64,000 nt of DNA from Candidatus Peregrinibacteria bacterium GW2011_GWA2_33_10 (GCA_000989565.1 LBOO01000010.1:15736-79735); one strand, 5' to 3'. Positions 29,001 to 38,851 are shown, counted from the stretch's first letter. A program made the numbers and translations. Notes: generated by a model not told the origin, from the letters alone.

Positions 29001-29128
29001 ACCTGAGTCTTCAGGTTTTCTGTTTGGATGGCTGTTGCCAATACCAAACTGAAAGTCAAAACAGCAAGCACTGACGCGCTTACTAATTTCGCTTTTTTAC
29101 TTAAACTAATGTTTCCTCTTTTTTTCAT
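26036..29128 (-). CDS. Large surface protein: Pro/Gln repeats, coiled coil, C-terminal SLH-like domains
   Basis: N-terminal TM; PPPDGNM and QPYPGQQYPNGT repeats; FGDVKIDDWY..GMIKG..FAPGD, ATRGQLA, VNRAQLAAVLDR SLH motifs; start MKKRG. Confidence 0.85.
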   Translation of the reverse strand: MKKRGNISLSKKAKLVSASVLAVLTFSLVLATAIQTENLKTQVDNPPPPPEGQMPPPPDGNMPPPPDGNMPPPPDGNMPPPPDGNMPPPPNGNMPPPPDGQMPPPNGQPYPNGTQPNGQPYPNGQQPYQPYPGQQYPMDQQGVPPGCYKTPDGQVHCDQQSGTQPGQQYPNGTQPNGQPYPNGTQPYQPYPGQQYPNGTQPQPYPGQQYPNGTQPQPYPGQQYPNGTQPGQQYPDQKYPDAGTDWMYMDQEECSANGGTWCGNVTDAPCFPPNMSCEQAMNNTMNPQYGAPTQPGMPGQPGMNPPMTNDPWGNYNFNNGKEGQQWQGPNFEQGNFDQNGPKISEDPRAQKDIERMKKEVERENANDLKTWKRMLEKMAKQLGSDNSAIAAFQTKLTDFEAVVNTVKSCYDQMEYMSQMQECQGGRDELNWSRQDMWQSFQSFEMLANMSREKENFVRECKNIEKETGRAVKEGADAEAAKKIVETCTAFVTSIEEAFNSGDGDTVRTAFDDARWEMGDMWEQVKNLHESVKDVRMGKDISRWVKDLKSGIAEGEGIISDLQAKGKNTDALIKILDKAKRLSNEAEKCIAVEDFGCAEEAMRSAGFIKENFERALMQISGGAGMGYPMKNQEGMYNEQIQDKFGYMFEEGDSGESSRAVSFEQFEQQLNAMFEAKMAQMLQQVEQMTQSVVSSLVETVATITNQQVKSALEQKHTNLMENVLAVGDTGKVDEIGKRMSEMAQKIAELESANEELASENKKLKTQFDGATTELAKLNPINDEMASKIEAKRVEIEACVAKEDINCLTTAKSAIIKLKNEEQKYAVEEGLTDFGDVKIDDWYYKSANAMSQLGMIKGKEIENDYTDKSFAPGDPAALAEVITTIVRDKYGKDQTGEPTNPENAPAWAKGNIRTCEDNGWTNCNSQTNYFNAATRGQLAQLLVSAYGMQDVAGDLSVDDVKEIFSDCANEADLPYCQAIGALNFYGIITGQDTDNGVKADIYGIVNRAQLAAVLDRMEAANLLEERGVNPLPTP
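28430..28995 (-). repeat. Coding tandem repeats (21-nt PPPDGNM; 36-nt QPYPGQQYPNGT)
   Basis: Repeated ggtggtggtggcatattgccgtcc and gatattgttgtccagggtatggttg units. Confidence 0.9.
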
Positions 29129-29351
29129 TTGTTTTTGTTTTAAAAAATAAAAAGAGTTCTTTAAAAAATATATTAAAGTTTTGTTGTATTTAATGTGATT
29201 TTTAGTTTTTTGTCGCATTAACAATAAAATGGATAAAATCAGGTAATTATGACATGCTTTTAGAGATATGTCAAGAATGACAAATAAGATTATCCTTTTA
29301 AATTAGGAACTTTATTACTTTTTAATCCGATAAATCATTGTTTATTCAATT

Positions 29352-30368
29352 TTAATATCCTCTTCTTATTTTTCGAATTTTTTCAATTATCCAATTTAAA
29401 TAATACTTAATAGTAATAGGATAATCTTGGACATGGAGATATTTTTCTTTCTGACCGCCAAATTTCATTTTAAATTGACTTAACCCAAACCATGGATGAT
29501 TATCATTATCATCCACAATTCCCCAAAAGTTATAACGCAGGCAGCCTTTTTCTTTGGCTTTTTTTATAACTTCCCATTGGATTAAATATGAAGCGGGAAT
29601 TTTATTATATTCACTTAAAGAAGCGGCATGATGGTATGATGCTTCCTGCCCGTAAAATACAATTATCGCAGATGCTATGATTTTATTCTCAAAAATTGCG
29701 TTGAATATTTCTATTTGGTGATCTTTCGAAAGTACCTGTAATTGTTTTTGGAGAAAATTTAAGGGAAAAGGAATAAATTTATGCCTTTTTACGGTATCCA
29801 TATGAATTTTATAAAATTCATTCAATGCTTTTTCATCGCACGAAGATTCTATTTTTACTCCCATTTTTACAGCTCTATTTATTTCGTAGCGAGTATTTTT
29901 TTTAAAATCCGTCATTATCTCATTTTCAGTCGCGCCAATATCTTTTATCCAACTCGTTTCAGGATTTATCAAATGAATTGGCGCATTTTTGAATCCATGA
30001 CTTTTAAATAACAGGTCATTTTGTTCATTATCTTCAATTAATGGATTGATTCTGACAAAGGAGGCTTTCTCTTGTTTGGCAAGCTTTTTCAAGTAATTCA
30101 ATATTATTTCGAATTGTTGTTTATCATTGAAATCAATTACCGGACCATACGGAATATGCAGAAAAGTGCCGCGTTTGGCTATAATTTTTAAAACTTGGCA
30201 AATTCCCACCAAATTAAGTTGTTTATCGTATAATCCCAAGCGAAATATTTTTTTCCCCAATTCTTTATTTACTTCACCCCAATTCCAAGACTGCAGGAAT
30301 GATTGTTTTTTTTGATTCAGGAGAAATTCTTCCCATACTTTTTTATCTGTAATTTCCTGTATTTTCAT
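29352..30368 (-). CDS. FemAB/FemX family tRNA-dependent aminoacyltransferase
   Basis: FLQSWNWG, PYGP, RYEINRA, YNFWGI, GLSQFKMKFGG. Confidence 0.92.
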   Translation of the reverse strand: MKIQEITDKKVWEEFLLNQKKQSFLQSWNWGEVNKELGKKIFRLGLYDKQLNLVGICQVLKIIAKRGTFLHIPYGPVIDFNDKQQFEIILNYLKKLAKQEKASFVRINPLIEDNEQNDLLFKSHGFKNAPIHLINPETSWIKDIGATENEIMTDFKKNTRYEINRAVKMGVKIESSCDEKALNEFYKIHMDTVKRHKFIPFPLNFLQKQLQVLSKDHQIEIFNAIFENKIIASAIIVFYGQEASYHHAASLSEYNKIPASYLIQWEVIKKAKEKGCLRYNFWGIVDDNDNHPWFGLSQFKMKFGGQKEKYLHVQDYPITIKYYLNWIIEKIRKIRRGY

Positions 30369-30378
30369 AATTTTAATT

Positions 30379-31617
30379 TTAATTATTTTTTAAAAAATCA
30401 ATAATTTTTTCCGCCTTTTTTAAAGTGATGTGTATGTGGGTTGGCAGATTTATGCTTTCCAAAGCTCTTTTTTCAGCATTCTTGCAAGATCCTTTTTGAT
30501 AAAATACGGATTCAAAATCCACATTTTTCGGTGCTATAACATTATCATACCAGTCTCCCAAATAAATATGTTGTTTCGCGGCGAGGCGCATTAATTCATC
30601 TCTTTGTGAAATAAAAATCGTAAATCGAAGATAAATGTTTTTAGAACTTTTATTTACCTTAGGTGTTCGCAGAATTGATTCAGATAATTCTTGTTGATAA
30701 AAATCGGCAATATTTTTTCGATGTTTATTGAATTTATCTAAATTTTTCATTTGATTACAAGCAATTTCAGCTAGGGCATTAGGAAAACAAGAGGGTTGCG
30801 ATTTCGGGAATTTACCTTTTTTTTCTTCTTGAATCAAAGCTTTCGATAAGAGATTAATTTTTTGAAAAAATAAAATCATTATTTTTCCCAGATGTAAAAA
30901 ATTATATAAAGGTAAGGAAATCGCAAATATTATAGGATGAAGCAAATGGCTATAAATTTTTTTATAACTTTGATATGAAAGATCTTGTTGAAATTTTTTC
31001 AAATTTTTGCCGATTTCCGGATTATTTGTCACGGCCATTCCGCCATAAACCGCGGAAATCACTTTGTCGCGACCAAAACTAAACATGGCGGCATCTCCGA
31101 TTGTGCCGATTTTTTTATTTTTAAATTCTGCGCCAAGCGAATGAGCGCAATCTTCAATGATTTTAAGTTTATGTTTATTGGCGATTGTTTGTATTTTTTC
31201 ATAATCAGCGATAGCACCGAATGTGTTTTGGATGATTATGGCTTTGGTTTTAGGTGTTATTTTCTTTTCCAGATCGTTTTGATCAATATTCAGAGAATCC
31301 TTTTCAATATCCGCGTAAATCGGTACGGCGCCGGCGTGAATTATGGCGTTTGGCACTACAACGCAAGTGTAAGCTTGCAAAATAATTTCATCTCCTTTTT
31401 GGACATTCATTGCTTTTAATATGGCGTAAAGAGCTGAACGGCCACTATCAAAACTGACCGCATGTTTGATCGGCAAGTATTTTTTAAATTTTTCCTCAAT
31501 CTGATGAACGTATTTGCCATGGCGTATTGATAACCATTTCCATGGGAAAAAAATATAGGATTTGGCTATGAAAATATCCTTAAGAGTGGTGTTTGGAGAT
31601 AAAGAAGTGTGAATCAT
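30379..31617 (-). CDS. DegT/DnrJ/EryC1/StrS aminotransferase
   Basis: SGRSAL, IIEDCAHSLG, FSFGRDK (PLP lysine), INLPTH. Confidence 0.92.
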   Translation of the reverse strand: MIHTSLSPNTTLKDIFIAKSYIFFPWKWLSIRHGKYVHQIEEKFKKYLPIKHAVSFDSGRSALYAILKAMNVQKGDEIILQAYTCVVVPNAIIHAGAVPIYADIEKDSLNIDQNDLEKKITPKTKAIIIQNTFGAIADYEKIQTIANKHKLKIIEDCAHSLGAEFKNKKIGTIGDAAMFSFGRDKVISAVYGGMAVTNNPEIGKNLKKFQQDLSYQSYKKIYSHLLHPIIFAISLPLYNFLHLGKIMILFFQKINLLSKALIQEEKKGKFPKSQPSCFPNALAEIACNQMKNLDKFNKHRKNIADFYQQELSESILRTPKVNKSSKNIYLRFTIFISQRDELMRLAAKQHIYLGDWYDNVIAPKNVDFESVFYQKGSCKNAEKRALESINLPTHIHITLKKAEKIIDFLKNN

Positions 31618-31637
31618 GTGTTTTAATTATAAATTTT

Positions 31638-33317
31638 TTATTCTTCTCGATTTAACAATATTTTCATTACACTTTCAGTGCCACGGCTTTCAAATAGTAT
31701 AACCGAATTATAGCCGATTTCTTTTTCAATTATATCGAGTATTTTTGATTTTTCGTTTTCATAATAAATTTTAAGATTACTTTTTATTGTTTTTATTCCA
31801 ATTTCCAAGTTTGATTTCTGATCTTTATCCAAAAAAATGGCATGTGTACAGATTTCACTGATTTTTTCCCCTATTTCTTGATGTGAATCCCGGCTTTTTT
31901 CTCCCAATTCCAACAAACTTGGCATAACAATAACTCTCTTTTGATTTTGATATAATTTCAAATGTTCCAAAGCGCTTTTAATTCCGTCCGGATTGGCATT
32001 GTAAGTGTCATCAATAATCATTAAATCATTTTTACCTGTTTTTCTGTTCATGGTTTTATCTATTGGTTTTAAATCTTTAATTTTTTGCGGCAATTTTCTA
32101 AGATCCATACCTAAATAATCAGCTATTAATATTGATGGCAAGATATTGGCAATATTGTGTTTAGGAATGATATTTGTTTCTAGTTTTATATTTTGATTGT
32201 TAAAATTAATGGAGAATTTTAAATTATTTTCTGTTTCTTCAATATTTTCAGCGTATACATAAGCCTTTTTATTATCTAAAGAATAGGTTTTATAAGGAGA
32301 AGTTACTTCTTTTAAAGATTCGCGAATTGAATTATTGTCAAAATTCATTATTGCCAAGCCATCTTCAGGTAGTGAGTCTATTAATTCCATTTTAGTTTGG
32401 CGTATTTTTTCCTGTGATCCGAAGAGTGCTAAATGTTGGTTTGATATGGCTGTCAGGATTCCGATTTTTGGTTTTACCATTTGGCAGGTTGTTTTAATTT
32501 CTCCTTTTTTATAAGCCCCCATTTCAACTATAAATATTTGATGATCTTTGTTTAATTTGGATAATACTGTTTGTGCGACTCCTATTTCGGAATTTATGTT
32601 TTTTTCCGTTTTTAAACAATTATAATCGTTTGAAAGTATTTGATACATAAATTCTTTTGTACTGGTTTTTCCATAGCTGCCGGTTATGCCGATTACCAGT
32701 AAATCCTGAAATTTTTGGATTTTTAATTTTGCTTTGTAGTAAATGTATTTTTTGATCAGTTGCGTGATTATATTAAATATCAATACTATCGCGAAAACTA
32801 AAATGGGTAGAATGAAGGTAATAAATATTGTTCCGGCGGTACCTCCCATCAAAAAAAGCAAACCAAATTTCCGCTCAGTAAATTCCGAGTATAAAAATAT
32901 AGCATCGTATAAGAATATTCCCGGGAAATAACAAACTGTTCCAAAGGAAATAAGAGAAATCAGAATAGCTTTTTTTGTTAATATCGGTTTTTTTAATGTT
33001 TTATTTTTAATTTTAATTAAGGAGTTTACGGTTTCCAGTAAATAGATCAATAAAATCAATGATAAAATATTGTTTTCTATAAATCGCACACCGAAAAAAA
33101 ATATCAGGATTATAAATAAGCGGACATAAAAAAATATATTAAATATTGATTTTCTGTTTTTTTTACTTTTTAAATGGTCGATTAGGCGATCAATTCGATA
33201 TTCCTTTAATTGCCATAGATAAACCTGAAAGAGGGTCGCAAAAAACGTTCTTCCAAAAAAGGCCAAAAGAGTTAAAACTATTAATATTCTGTAGGTATTA
33301 TCTGTAAAGTTAAACAT
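31638..33317 (-). CDS. murF: MurF-like Mur ligase with N-terminal TM segments
   Basis: GITGSYGKTSTK, VEMGAY, IDDTYNANP, ELGE; about 4 TM helices at the N-terminus. Confidence 0.85.
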   Translation of the reverse strand: MFNFTDNTYRILIVLTLLAFFGRTFFATLFQVYLWQLKEYRIDRLIDHLKSKKNRKSIFNIFFYVRLFIILIFFFGVRFIENNILSLILLIYLLETVNSLIKIKNKTLKKPILTKKAILISLISFGTVCYFPGIFLYDAIFLYSEFTERKFGLLFLMGGTAGTIFITFILPILVFAIVLIFNIITQLIKKYIYYKAKLKIQKFQDLLVIGITGSYGKTSTKEFMYQILSNDYNCLKTEKNINSEIGVAQTVLSKLNKDHQIFIVEMGAYKKGEIKTTCQMVKPKIGILTAISNQHLALFGSQEKIRQTKMELIDSLPEDGLAIMNFDNNSIRESLKEVTSPYKTYSLDNKKAYVYAENIEETENNLKFSINFNNQNIKLETNIIPKHNIANILPSILIADYLGMDLRKLPQKIKDLKPIDKTMNRKTGKNDLMIIDDTYNANPDGIKSALEHLKLYQNQKRVIVMPSLLELGEKSRDSHQEIGEKISEICTHAIFLDKDQKSNLEIGIKTIKSNLKIYYENEKSKILDIIEKEIGYNSVILFESRGTESVMKILLNREE

Positions 33318-33325
33318 TTATATGA

Positions 33326-34102
33326 TTATTTTTTATAAAACCATTTTTCCACTTGTTCGGCAAATTCATCGGGCATCGCATAGGGCAATCTGTGGCCTAT
33401 ATTATCATAAATTATAATTTGCGAATTTTTAATTTTTTCATGCATTATTTTTGCGTGCGATACTGGAGTAAGTGTATCTTCTCTACCCCAAAGCAGCAAA
33501 GTCGGGATGTTTATTTTATGCAAAAGATTTGTTAAGTTTTCTTCAACAATCAGCTGAAATGTTTTTTTCATTATCGGATCTGTCAATTTCAAATAATCAT
33601 AGCCTTTTGATAATCTATATAATATTTTTCGGGCAGATTTTTCCATTTTGCTGATTATAGGTAATGAAAAAAATGCGTTTCCTGTTTTTGCAAGGATTTT
33701 AAATATATTTTTTTTGAGATTATTTTTATCTTTTATTCCGGCAGCTCCGGTTAAAATTAAATGTTTTAATTTCACAGGTGATTCTGCGGCAATTTTTATG
33801 GCTATTCTTCCACCAAATGAATGAGCCAATATGTTATACTGAGGTAAATTTAATTTTCTGATAAATTCGCAAACAACATGGGCGTAATCAGAAACAGAAT
33901 ATGGTTTTTCAGGATTGGTGCTTTCCCCAACTCCCGGCAGATCCAGAGAAAATGTATGAAAATTTTTGGATAAGATTTTTTGTAATTCCAAAAATTTATC
34001 GGAAGTTAATCCCCATCCTGGTAAAATTATCAATGGCGTTCCTTCGCCCATTTCAAAATAGGCAATTTTTTGAGTTGTTAGTTGGAGATATTTTTTTTGC
34101 AT
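33326..34102 (-). CDS. Alpha/beta hydrolase
   Basis: LPGWG, DLPGVGES, AHSFGG nucleophile elbow, WGREDT, GH. Confidence 0.92.
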   Translation of the reverse strand: MQKKYLQLTTQKIAYFEMGEGTPLIILPGWGLTSDKFLELQKILSKNFHTFSLDLPGVGESTNPEKPYSVSDYAHVVCEFIRKLNLPQYNILAHSFGGRIAIKIAAESPVKLKHLILTGAAGIKDKNNLKKNIFKILAKTGNAFFSLPIISKMEKSARKILYRLSKGYDYLKLTDPIMKKTFQLIVEENLTNLLHKINIPTLLLWGREDTLTPVSHAKIMHEKIKNSQIIIYDNIGHRLPYAMPDEFAEQVEKWFYKK

Positions 34103-34219
34103 GAGGTTATTATAAGTGTTTCAATTTAAAGAGGAAAGATCTTGCTAAAAAATTTGAATTTATTTATGATCTTGAATAGACTTTTATTTATCTTTTCTGA
34201 AAGTTAATGAATATTTGAT

Positions 34220-35470
34220 ATGCGCAGCTTATTCAATAAAGATCGCCGTACTAATTCCTATTTTTTAGCTTTGGATATAGGTACTGAATATGTGAAAGCA
34301 TTGGTGTGCGAAAGTCAAGAAAGCAGGGGGCTTGTTCTTGGTTGTGGCAAAAAAAAGCAAAGATTGGGTGAAATGCAAGGAGGTGTGGTTACTGATATTG
34401 CGGGTGTTATTGAAAATTGTAAGGATGCGATTAAACAAGCGGAAAAGGGGTCAGGAATCAAGGTAGATCAAATGGTTATGGGAATAGCGGGCGAATTAGT
34501 AAAAGGTGCCACGAGTACCACGACTTATACCCGCAGTGATCCGAACAGTAAAATCAGTTTTGATGAATTGAAAAATATTATTCATAAAATTCAATGGAAA
34601 GCATTTGATCAAGTTAGAGCGCAGCTTGCTTATGAAACAGGGCATAATGAAATAGATGTCAAGCTTGTTAACGCGGGAATCGTGGATGTGCGAATTGATG
34701 GTTATAAGGTTTCGAATCCGCTGGGTTTTCAAGGCAAGGAAGTTACTATGTCGATTTTTAACGCTTTCGCTCCTTTGGTTCATTTCGGAGCTTTACAGAC
34801 GATCGCGGCTGAATTGGATATGGATTTGCTGGCAATAGTTGCTGAGCCTTATGCTGTCGCGCGATGTTTGGGGCAAGAGGATCGAAGTAATTTTAGCGCG
34901 ATTTTCATTGATATAGGTGGAGGAACCACTGATATCGCTTTGGTTAGAGACGGAAGTGTTGAGGGTACTAAAATGTTTACACTCGGAGGACGGACTTTCA
35001 CAAAAAGACTTTCTCAGAGTTTAAACATTTCTTTTGATGAAGCTGAAGAAATAAAATTGGCCTACGCCGAGGATAAATTGGAAAAACAATCTTATAATAT
35101 TGTTAGAGAAGCCATGAAAAGTGATTGTGAAGTTTGGCTTACAGGCGTTTCTTTGACTTTATCCGAATTTGAAAACATTGACAGTCTTCCTTCAAGAATT
35201 TTATTATGCGGGGGGGGGTCTCATCTCCCTGAGATCAAAGAAGTTTTGGATACAAGAAATTGGATAAAATCATTACCTTTTTCCAGAAAACCGCAAATAA
35301 ATTTTTTGCAACCTAAGCATATTTCCAATATTATTGACATGACGAACAAGTTAAAAGATCAGCAGGATGTCACTCCTATGGCGCTTGCCAATGTTGCTTT
35401 GGATTTAGCCGGAGAGGAAAAAATATTATCCAGAATTTTACGCAAAGTTGTCCGCCTTTTACAAGTTTAA
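34220..35470 (+). CDS. FtsA-like actin-fold ATPase
   Basis: LALDIGTEYVKA, IDIGGGTTD, GGRTFT..AEEIK, LCGGGSHL. Confidence 0.85.
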   Translation: MRSLFNKDRRTNSYFLALDIGTEYVKALVCESQESRGLVLGCGKKKQRLGEMQGGVVTDIAGVIENCKDAIKQAEKGSGIKVDQMVMGIAGELVKGATSTTTYTRSDPNSKISFDELKNIIHKIQWKAFDQVRAQLAYETGHNEIDVKLVNAGIVDVRIDGYKVSNPLGFQGKEVTMSIFNAFAPLVHFGALQTIAAELDMDLLAIVAEPYAVARCLGQEDRSNFSAIFIDIGGGTTDIALVRDGSVEGTKMFTLGGRTFTKRLSQSLNISFDEAEEIKLAYAEDKLEKQSYNIVREAMKSDCEVWLTGVSLTLSEFENIDSLPSRILLCGGGSHLPEIKEVLDTRNWIKSLPFSRKPQINFLQPKHISNIIDMTNKLKDQQDVTPMALANVALDLAGEEKILSRILRKVVRLLQV

Positions 35471-35482
35471 TCTTAAATTTTT

Positions 35483-37384
35483 ATGATCGATGATACCCAA
35501 AATGACAATCAGGAAAATTTAGAGGAAGAAATTCCTGTAAATAAAAATTTAAGCAAAAAAAAATCAGAAAATGCTGAAGAGACTTTGGAATCAAAGGAAG
35601 AAAAAGCAGCAAAAAAATATTCGGATAAAAAAATATTATTTGTGGATATTGATGATGAAATCACTGGTCTTTTCGATAGAATAAGGAATTTGAAGGTGGA
35701 AAATATTTATCTGGTAATTCCCAAAAGAGCGAATATTTTAAACAGCGTTGTAAATTTAAAAATTTTGAACAGAAAATTAAAGGATGTGAATAAAAATCTT
35801 TTTATAATCACCAATGATGAACAGGGCGTTAATTTGGCAATGCAAGCGGATATTCCGGTTTATGAAAAATCTGAGGAAGATCTTTTTAATAAAGATGATG
35901 CGAATAAATCTCCACATTTGAAAATATCCCCTATTTCAGCGCTTAAAAACTTTTTGGAAGATGACAAACCTGTTCGCTTGGAACAAAGGAAATATTCTAT
36001 TTTTGATATTGTCAGAAAAAACAAAAATCCGGGTTTGAAAATGTCAAAAACAAGAGAAGCGCCGTTGCCGCAATCCGGAAGAAGAAAATCAAAAAAAACA
36101 AGAAGTGTTAAAGATTTTTTTGTGATTTTCAGTTTTGTAAAGGGATATCGCGGAACTTTGGGAATTATGATTTTAGCCAGCTTGGTGCTGCTTTTCGCGG
36201 TAAGCTATATCGCGCTTCCCGGAGCAACTATTTATTTGAAACCAAAATCCGATGTGATTGAGCAGTCCGTAAATATTACTTTGGCCGATAATAGGGTGAA
36301 CGCGGCGGAATTGAATACGCATCCCACGAATATGATCGCTTCTTATGAAGTATATCCGGGAGGTCCGATTAAAAAAACATATACTTATAATTCAACAGGC
36401 AGAAAATTTTATGGGCAAAATGCAAACGGAGAAATAACGATTATTAATCAAGATAAAAAAGAATGGCCTTTAATTCCAAAAACTCGTTTTCAATCTCCTG
36501 ACGGAATAATTTATCGTCTGCAAAATCGGATAGTTGTTCCGGCTGCCACGGACCAGGGATTTGGCACAATTAAAGCATTTGTAAGCGCGGACGAAACTGA
36601 TATTCATGGAGCGATTGTAGGAGAAAGAGGTAATATCGCACCGACAACTTTTTTTCTTCCCAGTTTAAAACCGGCAAGTCAAAAATTATTATATGCAAAG
36701 AGTGAAACCGTGATGACAGGCGGAAAAACCGATGTAAAAAAATTTGTGACAAAGGAAGATTTGGAGGCTGCGAAAAAATTCGCGCATGAGAAGATTATTG
36801 AAGAAATCATTCCGACATTGGATGCCTACATTAAAGATTTGAATGATGTAAAAAAATCGAATTTGCGGCTTTTAGTGGAGCAAAATATCGCATGGAAAAG
36901 GGCGATTCGATATGATGATCCAAAATCATTCGTTGATATGAAATTGGTGAATAAAGAGCTGGATTCATTTGAAGTTAACGCCGAAGTTAATGCGACAGGG
37001 ATTTCATTCAATTATGATGAATTTAAAAATATTTTAAAAAGAGAATTGAAAAGCCGAAAATTGCCGCAAAAAAAATTAACGAAAATTGATGAAGAATCCA
37101 TTACTTATCGTTTGTTCAATAACGACGCCGGCACCAAAAAATATGTTGTAACAGCATCAATTAAAGGAATAGAAGAATTTGAACTCGATCCTGATAAAGA
37201 AAACGGAAAAAGGTTGATTGAAAAAATTAAGGAACATATTCTTGGTTGGAATAAAAAAGAAGCGATAAAGTTTATTCAAAATCTTGATGAAGTTGAGAGA
37301 GTTGAGATCAAGACCTGGCCGGTTTGGGCTCCAAATATTCCAAATTTGGAAAATAATGTTAAAGTGAATTTGCTCGAAAATTGA
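35483..37384 (+). CDS. Single-TM protein with baseplate-J-like extracytoplasmic domain
   Basis: TM near aa 225-245; ANGEITIIN..TRFQSPDG..VPAA..VSAD..GNI..MTGG pattern. Confidence 0.65.
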   Translation: MIDDTQNDNQENLEEEIPVNKNLSKKKSENAEETLESKEEKAAKKYSDKKILFVDIDDEITGLFDRIRNLKVENIYLVIPKRANILNSVVNLKILNRKLKDVNKNLFIITNDEQGVNLAMQADIPVYEKSEEDLFNKDDANKSPHLKISPISALKNFLEDDKPVRLEQRKYSIFDIVRKNKNPGLKMSKTREAPLPQSGRRKSKKTRSVKDFFVIFSFVKGYRGTLGIMILASLVLLFAVSYIALPGATIYLKPKSDVIEQSVNITLADNRVNAAELNTHPTNMIASYEVYPGGPIKKTYTYNSTGRKFYGQNANGEITIINQDKKEWPLIPKTRFQSPDGIIYRLQNRIVVPAATDQGFGTIKAFVSADETDIHGAIVGERGNIAPTTFFLPSLKPASQKLLYAKSETVMTGGKTDVKKFVTKEDLEAAKKFAHEKIIEEIIPTLDAYIKDLNDVKKSNLRLLVEQNIAWKRAIRYDDPKSFVDMKLVNKELDSFEVNAEVNATGISFNYDEFKNILKRELKSRKLPQKKLTKIDEESITYRLFNNDAGTKKYVVTASIKGIEEFELDPDKENGKRLIEKIKEHILGWNKKEAIKFIQNLDEVERVEIKTWPVWAPNIPNLENNVKVNLLEN

Positions 37385-37420
37385 GGTATTTCAGTATTAA
37401 ATTAACTTTATTAAATTTTT

Positions 37421-38851
37421 ATGGCAAAAAATAAAATTACAACTCAATCTCAAGATTTTTCTCAGTGGTATCTGGATGTGATCAAAGAAGCTGATTTGGC
37501 GGAATATTCGAAAGTCAAAGGGTGCATGATTATTAAACCTTATGGTTATAGAATTTGGGAATTGATTCAAAGAGAGATGGATGATCGAATTAAAGCGGCG
37601 GGCGTACAGAATTGTTATTTTCCTTTATTTATTCCTGAGAGTTTTATTAATCGTGAGAAAGAACATGTGAAGGGTTTCGCGCCGGAATGTGCTATTGTTA
37701 CGCATGGTGGCGGGAAAAAATTAGCGGAAAATTTATATGTTAGACCTACTTCGGAAACAATAATGTATGATACTTTTTCAGAATGGGGGCAAAGTTATCG
37801 GGATTTGCCGCTTTTAATAAATCAATGGGCAAATATTGTGCGTTGGGAAATGCGCACCAGACCTTTTTTGCGAACTACGGAATTTCTTTGGCAGGAAGGG
37901 CATACAGCTCACGCAACTCTGGAGGAAGCCGATATTGAAGCTGCTCGCGCATTGAAGATGTACAATGATTTTGACAAGAATTTTTTGGCTTTGCCTGTTC
38001 TTACGGGAAAAAAATCACGCAAGGAAACTTTTGCCGGAGCTTTGTATACTTTGGCAACAGAGGCTTTGGCTAAAGACGGGAAAGCGATTCAGGCAGGAAC
38101 TTCTCATAATCTTGGGCAAGGATTCGCCAAATCATTTAATATTCAGTATCAAGATGAAAAAGGAGAATTGCAGTATGTCTGGCAAACTTCATGGGGTGTT
38201 TCCACGCGTTTGATCGGCACGATAATCGTGGTTCACGGAGATGATCATGGCCTTGTTTTGCCTCCAAAAGTCGCACCTTATCAAATTGTGATTATTCCAA
38301 TTTATAAAACGGATCAAGAAAAAGATAAGGTTTTGGAATTTGTGGAAAATATGAAGGATTCTTTTGATAAAAATCTGCGAGTACATGTAGATAATCGGGA
38401 AAATTTAAGTCCGGGATTTAAATTTAATGAATGGGAAGTTAAGGGCGCGCCAATCAGGATTGAAGTCGGGCCAAAAGATCTTGAGAAAGATCAGGTTGTA
38501 TTATTTAGAAGAGATACTTTAGAGAAAATGTCCATAGAAAGCGGTAATATGAAAAAGGAAGTGGATAAATTATTAAGTGAAATTCAGGAAAATATTTATA
38601 AAAAAGCTTTGGAATTTCAAAAAGAAAACACATTTTCAGTAAATGATTATAATGAGTTTAAAAATTTGATTTCAGAAAAAAGCGGGTTTTATAAAGCTTA
38701 TTTTTGTTGTGATGCCAAAGTTGAAGAAAAAATTCAGGATGAAACAAAGGCGACAATCAGGGTAATTTTGGATGAAGACGTGAAGGGGAAGAGATGTTTT
38801 TATTGTGGAGGGGAAGCGACGCAGGAGGTGGTGTTTGCGAAGGCGTATTGA
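37421..38851 (+). CDS. proS: Proline--tRNA ligase (archaeal/eukaryotic type)
   Basis: DFSQWY, RPTSET, FLRTTEFLWQEGHT, C-terminal FAKAY. Confidence 0.97.
   Translation: MAKNKITTQSQDFSQWYLDVIKEADLAEYSKVKGCMIIKPYGYRIWELIQREMDDRIKAAGVQNCYFPLFIPESFINREKEHVKGFAPECAIVTHGGGKKLAENLYVRPTSETIMYDTFSEWGQSYRDLPLLINQWANIVRWEMRTRPFLRTTEFLWQEGHTAHATLEEADIEAARALKMYNDFDKNFLALPVLTGKKSRKETFAGALYTLATEALAKDGKAIQAGTSHNLGQGFAKSFNIQYQDEKGELQYVWQTSWGVSTRLIGTIIVVHGDDHGLVLPPKVAPYQIVIIPIYKTDQEKDKVLEFVENMKDSFDKNLRVHVDNRENLSPGFKFNEWEVKGAPIRIEVGPKDLEKDQVVLFRRDTLEKMSIESGNMKKEVDKLLSEIQENIYKKALEFQKENTFSVNDYNEFKNLISEKSGFYKAYFCCDAKVEEKIQDETKATIRVILDEDVKGKRCFYCGGEATQEVVFAKAY

Noticed and set aside
27989-29074. Long Trp/Val/His-rich ORFs overlapping the repeat gene
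   Set aside because: Shadow frames of the Pro/Gln tandem repeats
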